A program made the position numbers and the translations under genes. Shown in pieces: positions 1 to 8,337 of a stretch of DNA of 64,000 nt. Numbering within the stretch: position 1 is the first letter of the stretch; the number at the start of each line of letters is the position of its first letter. Source of the DNA: an uncultured Bacteroidales bacterium (GTDB lineage Bacteria; Bacteroidota; Bacteroidia; Bacteroidales; FEN-979); NCBI GenBank assembly GCA_963800585.1, contig CAWDBP010000008.1, positions 262,175 through 326,174 of the forward strand. The letters are read 5' to 3'. The notes beneath the pieces were generated by a model. That model saw only the letters and a program-made list of their open reading frames with translations. It was not told the DNA's origin and searched no databases.

Positions 1-2379
1 GCACGATTGGAACTGGGAGCACAAACATATACCGGTTCTACCTCGACCGATGGCAAACAATCCGTAGGTATTTCCATAAGCCAGACTCCGGGGAGCAATG
101 CAAGGGATGTAATCAATGACTCCAAGAAGGTGATCGAAAAGGCGGCACTTTCATTTCCTACGGGCATTAAGTTCCTTTACCTGGTTGATATAAACCAGTT
201 CCTGGATGCCTCCATTGTGAAAGTCATTCGCACGCTGATCGAATGTTTTCTGTTAGTGTTTTTAGTTATTTTTATTTTCCTGCAGGACTTCCGTTCCACC
301 ATTATTCATGGGGTATCGGTACCCGTGGCGATAACAGGAACCTTCTTCTTTTTATACCTGTTTGGCTTCAGCATCAACCTTTTGACGTTGTTCGCCATGG
401 TGCTGGCCATTGGTATTGTTGTGGATGATGCCATTGTAGTGGTGGAAGCTGTGCATGCCAAACTGGAAAGCGGGTACAAGTCTTCACATAAGGCCGCTGT
501 AGATGCAATGGGAGAAATTTCAGGTGCTATTGTATCCATTACTTTAGTTATGGCGGCGGTATTCATTCCGGTAACATTTGTAACGGGTTCTGCAGGAGTA
601 TTTTATAAACAGTTTGGAGTTGCACTGGCCGTTGCCATCATGATTTCTGCAGTAAATGCTTTAACTCTGTGTCCCGCATTGGCAGCTATGTTCTTAAAAC
701 CGTCTGATCATGGTAAAGACAATCAAAAGAAAACAGTAATGCAACGTTTTCATGCGGGGTTTAATGCTGGTTATAATTCTCTTACGGTTAAATATGCTAG
801 CTCAATAAACTTTCTGTCAGAAAAGAAATGGATTGTCATAATCTCCATCGTACTGTTTGGCGGCGGTTTCTATTTATTGATGAAATCGACACCATCCAGC
901 TTCGTTCCCAGTGAAGATATGGGCACCATCTATGTTAACATTACCTTGCCGCCGGCCTCAACAATGGAGCGGGTGCAGGTAGTTGCAAAAAAGATAGACA
1001 GTATTTCCCGAACCATACCCCAGGTGGCAAATACCATGCGTACGATGGGGCAAAACTTTATTGGCGGAAGCGGTAGCTCATACGGAATGGTGATCTTACG
1101 GCTCATACCTTGGGACCAACGAAAAGGAATAACCAACAACGATGTGATAAAAGAGCTTGCAAAAAAAACAACGAACATCCGTGAAGCAAATATTAATTTC
1201 ATGTCGCAACCAACCATTACCGGTTTTGGTACCAGTGGAGGATTTACGTTTCAGCTGGAGGATAAAGGGGGGCATACTACCGCAGAGTTTTATAAAGTGT
1301 CACAAACTTTTTTAGCAGCATTGAACAGCCGTCCCGAAATTCAATATGCCACCACTTCCTTCAATCCCAATTTTCCGCAATACCAGCTGGATGTCAATGT
1401 GGCAAAGTGCAAGGAGGCAGGTGTATCCGTAAATGATGTGCTCAATACCATGCAGGTGTTTTATGGCAGCTCTTATGCATCCAATTTCAATGAATTTGGA
1501 CAGCAATACAAAGTGATCATACAAGCCGATACCAATTACCGGGCCAGTCCTTCAGGACTAAACAAGATAAGTATAAAAACAAGTTCCGGAAGCATGGCCG
1601 CAATTAATGAGTTTATAACACTCACTCGGATTTATGGCCCCGAAAGTGTTACCCGATTCAACCTTTTCAGTTCTATGTCGGTAAATGGTTCGCCCAATGA
1701 TGCATACAGTACAGGACAATCACTTACCGCTATCCAGGAAGTGGCGGCAAAAGACCTCCCGGCAGGTTATGGATTTGAATATTCCGGTATCAGCAGGGAA
1801 GAACAAAACAGTGGTTCACAAACATTGTACATATTTATTTTATGCCTGGCGTTTGTTTATCTCTTGTTAAGCGCCCAGTACGAAAGTTACTTGTTGCCAT
1901 TTGCAGTGCTTTTGTCCTTACCCGTGGGTTTGTCGGGAGTTTTTGTGTTTGCAAAGATATTCGGGCTGGATAATAATATTTATGTGCAGATTTCAGTCAT
2001 CATGCTTATTGGCTTGCTTGCTAAGAATGCTATTCTGATTATAACCTTTGCCTTGGAAAGAAGAAAGAAAGGTATGGCCATCCTCGAGGCAGCCATAGAA
2101 GGTGCAAAGGCCCGGTTACGTCCTATTTTAATGACTTCATTTGCCTTTGTATTCGGATTAATGCCGCTGATGTTTTCAACTGGTGTAGGTGCCAATGGTA
2201 ACAAGTCAATCGGAACGGGTGCCATCGGGGGCATGCTGTTTGGTACCTTACTGGGCGTTTTTGTAACACCTGTATTATTTGTGATTTTCCAGACCATCCA
2301 GGAAAAGTTCAAGGGTCAAACCCATGAAATGGAAGCGGGTGAAGATGATGGCAGTATTATAGTGGCTACTAAGGAATGA
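1..2379 (+). CDS. RND (HAE1/AcrB-type) efflux permease, C-terminal ~790 aa; the 5' end lies outside the window
   Basis: Frame is open from base 1. Long ORF with blocks of hydrophobic helices flanking large soluble loops, typical of AcrB-type pumps. Its stop overlaps (ATGA) the start of an outer-membrane factor gene. Confidence 0.85.
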   Translation, partial: ARLELGAQTYTGSTSTDGKQSVGISISQTPGSNARDVINDSKKVIEKAALSFPTGIKFLYLVDINQFLDASIVKVIRTLIECFLLVFLVIFIFLQDFRSTIIHGVSVPVAITGTFFFLYLFGFSINLLTLFAMVLAIGIVVDDAIVVVEAVHAKLESGYKSSHKAAVDAMGEISGAIVSITLVMAAVFIPVTFVTGSAGVFYKQFGVALAVAIMISAVNALTLCPALAAMFLKPSDHGKDNQKKTVMQRFHAGFNAGYNSLTVKYASSINFLSEKKWIVIISIVLFGGGFYLLMKSTPSSFVPSEDMGTIYVNITLPPASTMERVQVVAKKIDSISRTIPQVANTMRTMGQNFIGGSGSSYGMVILRLIPWDQRKGITNNDVIKELAKKTTNIREANINFMSQPTITGFGTSGGFTFQLEDKGGHTTAEFYKVSQTFLAALNSRPEIQYATTSFNPNFPQYQLDVNVAKCKEAGVSVNDVLNTMQVFYGSSYASNFNEFGQQYKVIIQADTNYRASPSGLNKISIKTSSGSMAAINEFITLTRIYGPESVTRFNLFSSMSVNGSPNDAYSTGQSLTAIQEVAAKDLPAGYGFEYSGISREEQNSGSQTLYIFILCLAFVYLLLSAQYESYLLPFAVLLSLPVGLSGVFVFAKIFGLDNNIYVQISVIMLIGLLAKNAILIITFALERRKKGMAILEAAIEGAKARLRPILMTSFAFVFGLMPLMFSTGVGANGNKSIGTGAIGGMLFGTLLGVFVTPVLFVIFQTIQEKFKGQTHEMEAGEDDGSIIVATKE

Positions 2380-3785
2380 TAAAACGAACAATGAAACAGA
2401 TAAATAAAATAAAAACAGTTAAGGTCTTGTTGCTCTTGCTGATGGCTGTTTTAATTTTAGCTTCGTGCAAAGTCACAAAGACCTATAAACGCCAGGATGG
2501 TTTAACAGATAACAAATTGTACCGTGATGTAATAACTGCTGATACTTCAACCATTGCTGATATTCCGTGGAAGAAGATGTTCAGTGATACATTGCTTCAA
2601 CACTTAATACAGGAGGGAGTTGACAAAAATCTTGATCTGAAGATTGCTGTGGCCCGCATAAAACAGGCAATGGCCAATGTGCGCCAAAGCAATGCGGCAT
2701 TTTTTCCCACTTTGGAGGTGCTTGCCAATGGCTCAGTTCAAAAGCTTGGCGATACTGGAGGTGTTACAGAATCTTACCAATTATACGGTAGTGCAAGCTG
2801 GGAAATTGATATCTGGGGTAAGCTGAAAAGCACAAAAAGGGCTGCATTGGCAGGCCTTCTGGAAAGCAATGCTTATAAAAAAGCCGTGCAAACACAATTG
2901 GTGTCAGATATCGCAACTGATTATTATGCATTACTGGCGTATGATGCACAGTTACAAGTAACAATTAAAACAGTCGAGAACAGGATGCAGGATGTAGAGA
3001 CCATGAAACTGCTTAAGGAAAGTGATGTAGTGACCGGGGCAGCCGTGGTACAAAGTGAGGCTAACCGTTATTCAGCTGAGGTAACTATACCGGATCTGAA
3101 ACAAAATATCCGCGAAACAGAAAATGCGTTGAGCATTCTGCTCGGCCGGGATCCGGGGAGCATTGCAAGGGATAGTCTTAAAAACCAGCAGGTTCGAAGT
3201 GATCTGCAAACGGGAGTGGCCGCACAGTTATTGGCCAACCGGCCAGATGTGCAGGAATCTGAATATCAGTTACAATATTATTTTGAATTGACCAATGTTG
3301 CCAGGACCTATTTTTATCCTTCATTGACGATTACGGCAGAGGGCGGCTTATCAAATGGGAATATTTCACAGTTTTTCAGTGCATCTTCTTTATTTGGAAA
3401 TATTGTTGGCGGACTGGTTCAGCCCATTCTTAACCATGGCCTGAACAAACAACGCATGTCTGTGGCCATGGCACTTGAGGAAGAATATCTTGCCACATTT
3501 AAAAAAGCACTTCTGAACGCAGGACAGGAAGTCTCAAATGCATTATTCGATTACCAGGTAGCGACGGATAAAATGAAGATCCGGTCGCAGCAGATTAACT
3601 TTCTGCAGAAATCGGTGGAGTTTACCAAGGAGCTGCTTAAATACACCGCCAATACCAACTATACAGATGTTCTTACATCTGAGCAAAGCTTATTAGCGGC
3701 GCAGTTGAACAGTATCGGCGACCAGGTTCAACAATTAAAGGCAATTGTAACTCTGTATCGGAGTTTAGGTGGCGGATGGAAATAA
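2376..3785 (+). CDS. RND efflux outer-membrane factor lipoprotein (NodT/TolC family)
   Basis: 469-aa ORF. Signal peptide ends in LILASC (lipobox-like). Internally duplicated TolC-like helical repeats and a C-terminal LYRSLGGGW typical of the NodT family. Translationally coupled to the pump gene. Confidence 0.85.
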   Translation: MIKRTMKQINKIKTVKVLLLLLMAVLILASCKVTKTYKRQDGLTDNKLYRDVITADTSTIADIPWKKMFSDTLLQHLIQEGVDKNLDLKIAVARIKQAMANVRQSNAAFFPTLEVLANGSVQKLGDTGGVTESYQLYGSASWEIDIWGKLKSTKRAALAGLLESNAYKKAVQTQLVSDIATDYYALLAYDAQLQVTIKTVENRMQDVETMKLLKESDVVTGAAVVQSEANRYSAEVTIPDLKQNIRETENALSILLGRDPGSIARDSLKNQQVRSDLQTGVAAQLLANRPDVQESEYQLQYYFELTNVARTYFYPSLTITAEGGLSNGNISQFFSASSLFGNIVGGLVQPILNHGLNKQRMSVAMALEEEYLATFKKALLNAGQEVSNALFDYQVATDKMKIRSQQINFLQKSVEFTKELLKYTANTNYTDVLTSEQSLLAAQLNSIGDQVQQLKAIVTLYRSLGGGWK

Positions 3786-3856
3786 AAAGTCATGATATTA
3801 TTCCTGCCCAGCCTATTATATTTGTCATCCTGGTATTTTCACCGCAAATATGTTTG

Positions 3857-3925
3857 AATATGTGAATCATGTAATTTTTTTCTGAAATTATGTAACAATT
3901 CATAAAATGCAGAATAGCATCTTTG
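3857..3925 (+). promoter_or_regulatory. Island promoter motif, copy 1 (upstream of kaiC)
   Basis: AATATGTGAATCATGTAAT-N15-TGTAACA-N24-TTTG, with a CATCTTTG -7-like box at 3918-3925. Lies 92 nt upstream of the kaiC ATG. Confidence 0.6.
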
Positions 3926-4017
3926 TTTTGTAATTTGGGAGGTTTGACAGAAATGCCCATTTTATCGAAAATTTATAGTTCTGCTTTCACAAAGAATCCG
4001 AAATTTTAAAGTTAAAT

Positions 4018-5751
4018 ATGAAGAAAGAAAAAAGTAAACCAGTAACTAAAAATCTTCACAAGACACCAACAGGAATCCAGGGATTCGATGAAATAACTGG
4101 TGGTGGACTGCCAACAGGCAGACCAACACTCCTCTGTGGTGGTGCAGGATGCGGAAAGACGCTTTTTGGAATGGAGTTTCTTGTCAGGGGTGCAACACAG
4201 TTTAACGAACCAGGTGTGTTTATGTCATTCGAAGAAACGAATGAAGAATTGATCAAAAATGTTACTTCACTCGGTTTTGATCTGGAAGACCTTGTCAAAA
4301 ATAAAAAACTTTCACTTGACCATGTCCATATTGAACGCAGTGAAATAGAAGAAACCGGCGAATACGATCTGCAAGGTTTATTCATACGACTTGGTTATGC
4401 AATTGATTCTATCGGGGCCAAACGTGTTGTATTAGACACGATTGAGTCACTATTTGCAGGATTGCCAAACCAACTGATCTTACGCGCTGAACTGCGGCGT
4501 TTATTTCACTGGCTGAAAGATAAAGGCGTTACTGCAATCATAACAGGTGAACGTGGAGAAGAAACATTAACCCGGCAAGGTTTGGAAGAATATGTTTCAG
4601 ATTGTGTTATTATGCTCGACCACCGGGTAACCGATCAGACTTCTACACGTCGTTTACGGGTTGTCAAGTATCGTGGTTCAATGCACGGTACGAATGAGTA
4701 TCCATTTCTGATTGATGAAAATGGTTTTTCAATATTACCTATTACTTCATTAGGATTAAAACATAAAATATCGAATGAAAGGATCTCAAGTGGTATAACT
4801 GCACTTGATAAAATGCTTGAAGGAAAAGGTTATTTCCGCGGAAGCACAGTACTTGTTTCCGGTACTGCCGGAGTGGGGAAAACAAGCGTAGCAGCTCACT
4901 TTGCAGAAGCGGCATGCAAACGTGGTGAACGTGTTCTCTTTTTCTGTTTCGAAGAATCTCCGGAACAGTTAATGCGTAATATGCGTTCTATTGGTATAAA
5001 ATTAGAGACCTGGGTGCAGAAAGGACTATTACAATTTCATGCAATTCGTCCAACATTCTATGGCCTGGAAATGCATCTGGCTGTAACTCACAAAGCTGTT
5101 AATAGTTTCAAACCTCATATTGTCATCCTGGATCCGATAAATACCTTCGTCATTGGTGATAAAGATTACGAAGTAAAAATGATGTTAATGCGTATTGTCG
5201 ATTATCTTAAGTCGAATCAAATAACAGCATTGTTTACCAGCTTAACTGCAAACAACAGTGCTCTAGAGAGTACGGATGTTGCAATATCATCACTAATCGA
5301 TACGTGGTTATTACTTCGTGATATTGAATTAAGCGGTGAACGAAACAGGGGAATGTATGTTCTTAAATCACGCGGTATGGCTCACTCTAACCAAATCCGC
5401 GAATTCATTTTAACAAACCATGGCGTTGAATTACGTGAGGCTTATATCGGTGCAAGCGGAGTTTTAACGGGCTCAGCACGTGTTGCACAGGAAGCAAATG
5501 AAAATGCCGGATTGTTGATTCGTAAAAACGATATCGAACAAAAAAAACGTGAAATAGAACGAAAACGTAAAGCATTGGAAACTCAGATTGCTACTATGCA
5601 AATCGATTTTGAACTGGAAGAGGCTGAAGCTGTCAAAATGATTGAGACAGAAAAGGATACGATTAAACGACTGGAACAAGATAAAATAGAAATGGCGGAA
5701 AGCCGGAAAGCCGGCCTAAAAAAGATTATGACTAACAAGGTGAAAAAATAA
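4018..5751 (+). CDS. kaiC: Circadian-clock-type ATPase KaiC homologue (double RecA-like domain) with an extended C-terminal coiled-coil tail
   Basis: Two Walker A motifs (GGAGCGKT, GTAGVGKT), each followed by a paired-Glu catalytic motif (SFEETNEE, CFEESPEQ). STDVAISSLIDT aligns with the S. elongatus ITDSHISTITDT phosphosite segment. The last ~70 aa are charged and heptad-like. Confidence 0.9.
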   Translation: MKKEKSKPVTKNLHKTPTGIQGFDEITGGGLPTGRPTLLCGGAGCGKTLFGMEFLVRGATQFNEPGVFMSFEETNEELIKNVTSLGFDLEDLVKNKKLSLDHVHIERSEIEETGEYDLQGLFIRLGYAIDSIGAKRVVLDTIESLFAGLPNQLILRAELRRLFHWLKDKGVTAIITGERGEETLTRQGLEEYVSDCVIMLDHRVTDQTSTRRLRVVKYRGSMHGTNEYPFLIDENGFSILPITSLGLKHKISNERISSGITALDKMLEGKGYFRGSTVLVSGTAGVGKTSVAAHFAEAACKRGERVLFFCFEESPEQLMRNMRSIGIKLETWVQKGLLQFHAIRPTFYGLEMHLAVTHKAVNSFKPHIVILDPINTFVIGDKDYEVKMMLMRIVDYLKSNQITALFTSLTANNSALESTDVAISSLIDTWLLLRDIELSGERNRGMYVLKSRGMAHSNQIREFILTNHGVELREAYIGASGVLTGSARVAQEANENAGLLIRKNDIEQKKREIERKRKALETQIATMQIDFELEEAEAVKMIETEKDTIKRLEQDKIEMAESRKAGLKKIMTNKVKK

Positions 5752-5766
5752 TTAAAAGAATACCCG

Positions 5767-6108
5767 ATGAGACCAAAAAAAGAGAACTCAGGAAAAAGCA
5801 GTAAAGCAGAAAGACCGGTTAAAGCTTTAGATGATAAATGGATACTCCGATTATATGTTGCAGGTCAAACACCAAAAGCCCTCACTGCATTTACAAACCT
5901 TAAGAAGATATGTGAGGACCAATTAAAAGGTAAATACTCTATCGAAGTAATTGATCTTTTGATAAATCCACAATTAGGTGCCGAGGACCAGATTCTTGCC
6001 TTACCAACATTAGTCAGAAAATTACCGGTGCCCGTTAGAAAGATAATCGGCGATCTCTCAAATACAGAACGTGTTCTTGTTGGATTGGATTTATTGCCTG
6101 TCAGCTGA
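5767..6108 (+). CDS. kaiB: KaiB homologue, copy 1 (thioredoxin-like fold family)
   Basis: [24 protein letters not shown]...[34 protein letters not shown] matches the KaiB signature along its whole length. Has a ~25-aa basic N-terminal extension. Confidence 0.9.
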   Translation: MRPKKENSGKSSKAERPVKALDDKWILRLYVAGQTPKALTAFTNLKKICEDQLKGKYSIEVIDLLINPQLGAEDQILALPTLVRKLPVPVRKIIGDLSNTERVLVGLDLLPVS

Positions 6109-6138
6109 TTTATAAGTACACTGTTTATCAAAAATATT

Positions 6139-6486
6139 ATGAAAGAGAATAAATCAAAGAAAAAAAACTCAACAGAGAAATTCGATCTGAAAGTATCCGG
6201 ATTAAGCAAAGACAAATATATATTGCGTTTATATATAACCGGTGTAACGACCCGGTCAGTCCTGGCAATAACGAATCTGAAAAAGATTTGCGAAGAATAT
6301 CTTGAAGGACGATACGAATTGGAGGTGATCGACTTGTATCAAAAACCATGTCTTGCCAAAGATGAACAGATCATCGCAGCTCCGACCTTGATTAAAAAAC
6401 TGCCGCTTCCTTTCCGACGTATCATCGGAGATATGTCAAACAAGGAAAAAGTCCTTCTTGGATTGGATCTGAAAAGGATAGAGTGA
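6139..6486 (+). CDS. kaiB: KaiB homologue, copy 2 (diverged paralogue)
   Basis: [24 protein letters not shown]...[34 protein letters not shown]. Same architecture as copy 1. Confidence 0.9.
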   Translation: MKENKSKKKNSTEKFDLKVSGLSKDKYILRLYITGVTTRSVLAITNLKKICEEYLEGRYELEVIDLYQKPCLAKDEQIIAAPTLIKKLPLPFRRIIGDMSNKEKVLLGLDLKRIE

Positions 6487-6531
6487 CTTTGTTATTTACA
6501 GAACATTTAACCCGTTTGATTTGTAATACTG

Positions 6532-7251
6532 ATGTCCATGACCAAAACGATAGAACAACTCATAATTGAAAATGAGGAATTACGTTCCCGCCTGTCTGAA
6601 ACTGAAGAAATCCTTGTAGCAATCCGAAACGGAGAAATGGATGCTATTGTGGTTTCCGGAAAGAAAGGAGAACAAGTCTATTCGATCAGTTCTGCTGAAA
6701 CGCCATATCGTACTTTTGTAGAAGAGATGAATGAAGGAGCACTTACTCTTACTAAAGATGGAATTATTATCTATTGCAATAAAAAATTTGCTAAACTTGT
6801 AAACGACCCTATTGAACGTGTGATAGGTTCAGCCTTTAAGCACTTCCTCGCCCCGGGTGACCAATCAAAATTCAAGCACCTGCTTTCCCGTCTGACTAAG
6901 AAGAAGAGCGATGTCCTGATCATATCCTTAACCGGCTCATTGTTTCTGAAACTATCCTTTCTCCTTCTTCCTTCTTATCTGCAAGGTGATCATTGCATAG
7001 TTATAGCAACCGACATTTCAGCAATAAAGTTGGTAGAGAAACAACTTCTTGAACTACAACATTTATTGGAAAAGAAATTAGATGTCATTGAGCGCTTGCG
7101 ATTGCAACTTATTGATAAAAAGATTGATAATGAAGTTGAAATAACTAAAATAAAAAAGACAAATAAAGAACTGGTCAGGGAAATCACAAAACATAAACTA
7201 ATTGAAACAAAATTAAAGCATGAACTAAATCATAAGAAGGTAACCAATTGA
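6532..7251 (+). CDS. Stand-alone PAS-domain protein flanked by coiled coils (sensor-kinase-like N-terminus without DHp/ATPase domains)
   Basis: N-terminal EELRSRLSETEEILVAIRNGEMDAIVV motif followed by a PAS-like core (YRTFVEEMNEGALTLTKDGIIIYCNKKFAKLV...). The ~80-aa C-terminus is a K/E/L-rich coiled coil. No H-box or ATP-binding motifs seen. Confidence 0.7.
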   Translation: MSMTKTIEQLIIENEELRSRLSETEEILVAIRNGEMDAIVVSGKKGEQVYSISSAETPYRTFVEEMNEGALTLTKDGIIIYCNKKFAKLVNDPIERVIGSAFKHFLAPGDQSKFKHLLSRLTKKKSDVLIISLTGSLFLKLSFLLLPSYLQGDHCIVIATDISAIKLVEKQLLELQHLLEKKLDVIERLRLQLIDKKIDNEVEITKIKKTNKELVREITKHKLIETKLKHELNHKKVTN

Positions 7252-7264
7252 AAATGTAATATAA

Positions 7265-7750
7265 ATGAAAATAACTAAAAAGAAGAAAGTACTGATTGCA
7301 TTGGATTATAATCCAACTGCACAAAAAATTGCAGAAGTTGGGTTTTCATTTGCTAAAGCCATGGGCGCAGAAGTTATCCTGATGCATGTAATAACTGACC
7401 TGGTATATTATTCTTCATCGGAATTTTCTCCGATAATGGGATATACAGGCTACCTCGAGGCTGGTCCATTTCAATTAGACAATGCTGATGGACTGAAAAA
7501 TGCAGCTCAACATTTTCTTGATAAAACGAAACAACACCTTGGTGATAAAAACATCCAAACGTTGGTTAAAGATGGCGATTTTGCGGATTCAATATTAAAG
7601 ACAGCAAAAGAATTACATGCCGATATTATTGTCATGGGATCTCACAGCAGGAGATGGTTGGAAAATATAGTCATGGGAAGTGTTACGGAAGAAGTGTTAC
7701 ATCATACCTCTATTCCGCTTTTTATCATTCCAACAAAAAAACATAGCTAG
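7265..7750 (+). CDS. Universal stress protein (UspA family)
   Basis: 161 aa. KVLIALDYN..., ILMHV, and C-terminal GSHSRRWLENIVMGSVTEEVLHHTSIPLFIIP are typical USP motifs. Confidence 0.85.
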   Translation: MKITKKKKVLIALDYNPTAQKIAEVGFSFAKAMGAEVILMHVITDLVYYSSSEFSPIMGYTGYLEAGPFQLDNADGLKNAAQHFLDKTKQHLGDKNIQTLVKDGDFADSILKTAKELHADIIVMGSHSRRWLENIVMGSVTEEVLHHTSIPLFIIPTKKHS

Positions 7751-7821
7751 TCTGGATTTTAAAGCAGAACCTGTGTTGATAGTCTGCTGGAATTTGTAAG
7801 GAATCATTATCAACTGGTACA

Positions 7822-7890
7822 AATGTGGGAATAATGTAAATTATTGTTGCAGTTGTGTAACACGCGATGTAAAAAAGGTGCCGAACTTTG
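7822..7890 (+). promoter_or_regulatory. Island promoter motif, copy 2 (upstream of the acidic protein/OYE unit)
   Basis: AATGTGGGAATAATGTAAA-N15-TGTAACAC-N24-TTTG (GAACTTTG box). Lies 86 nt upstream of the ATG at 7977. Confidence 0.6.
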
Positions 7891-7976
7891 TTTTATTGTG
7901 AAAATTCAATTACAACGGTAAAATTCATGATGTATGAAAATACAGTTTCAATATTCTCTTTCTAAAGTTAAGGCAT

Positions 7977-8336
7977 ATGAAAGATAAAGGTGATAATAAT
8001 AAGCTGCCTGTTTGGAAGGCAGGGGACAAGAAGAAAGACAATCTTCAGGGGTATCCATTATATCCTGCCAGCGAAGATGTTTATAATGAATCTCATATTA
8101 AAAAAAATATAGATCCTGAAGATGTTTCCCGAAAAAAAGATTCGATTGAGAAATACGAAGGTGAAAAAGATAATGAGAAAGATTTTATGGATGATGTCTC
8201 AGGCAGTGATTTGGATGTTCCTGGCTCAGAATTGGATGATAATCAGGAGAATATAGGGAGTGAGGATGAGGAGAATAATTATTACAGTATTGGTGGAGAC
8301 GATCATGAAGACCTCGATGAGGATAAAGGAGATTGA
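7977..8336 (+). CDS. Highly acidic (D/E-rich) hypothetical protein
   Basis: 119-aa ORF directly downstream of motif copy 2. Low-complexity acidic C-terminal half. No recognisable family. Confidence 0.5.
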   Translation: MKDKGDNNKLPVWKAGDKKKDNLQGYPLYPASEDVYNESHIKKNIDPEDVSRKKDSIEKYEGEKDNEKDFMDDVSGSDLDVPGSELDDNQENIGSEDEENNYYSIGGDDHEDLDEDKGD

Positions 8337-8337
8337 C

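Noticed and set aside
4056-4385. Numerous 60-125-aa ORFs antisense to or nested in long genes (for example 306-566, 930-1217, 4056-4385, 5865-6215, 14456-14836, 33474-33809, 60454-60666)
   Set aside because: Each is fully contained within a longer ORF that has clear family signatures. None has its own promoter motif or recognisable domain.
4018-7750. Calling the Kai cluster a self-sustained circadian oscillator
   Set aside because: No KaiA, SasA, CikA or RpaA homologue is visible in the window, and KaiA-less systems characterised so far behave as hourglass or stress modules. Only the gene content is reported.
8260-8337. The N-terminal 26 codons of the ORF-track OYE model (start at 8260)
   Set aside because: This segment overlaps the end of the acidic-protein gene and encodes a non-homologous MRMRRIIITV... 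stretch. The OYE homology begins after the ATG at 8338.
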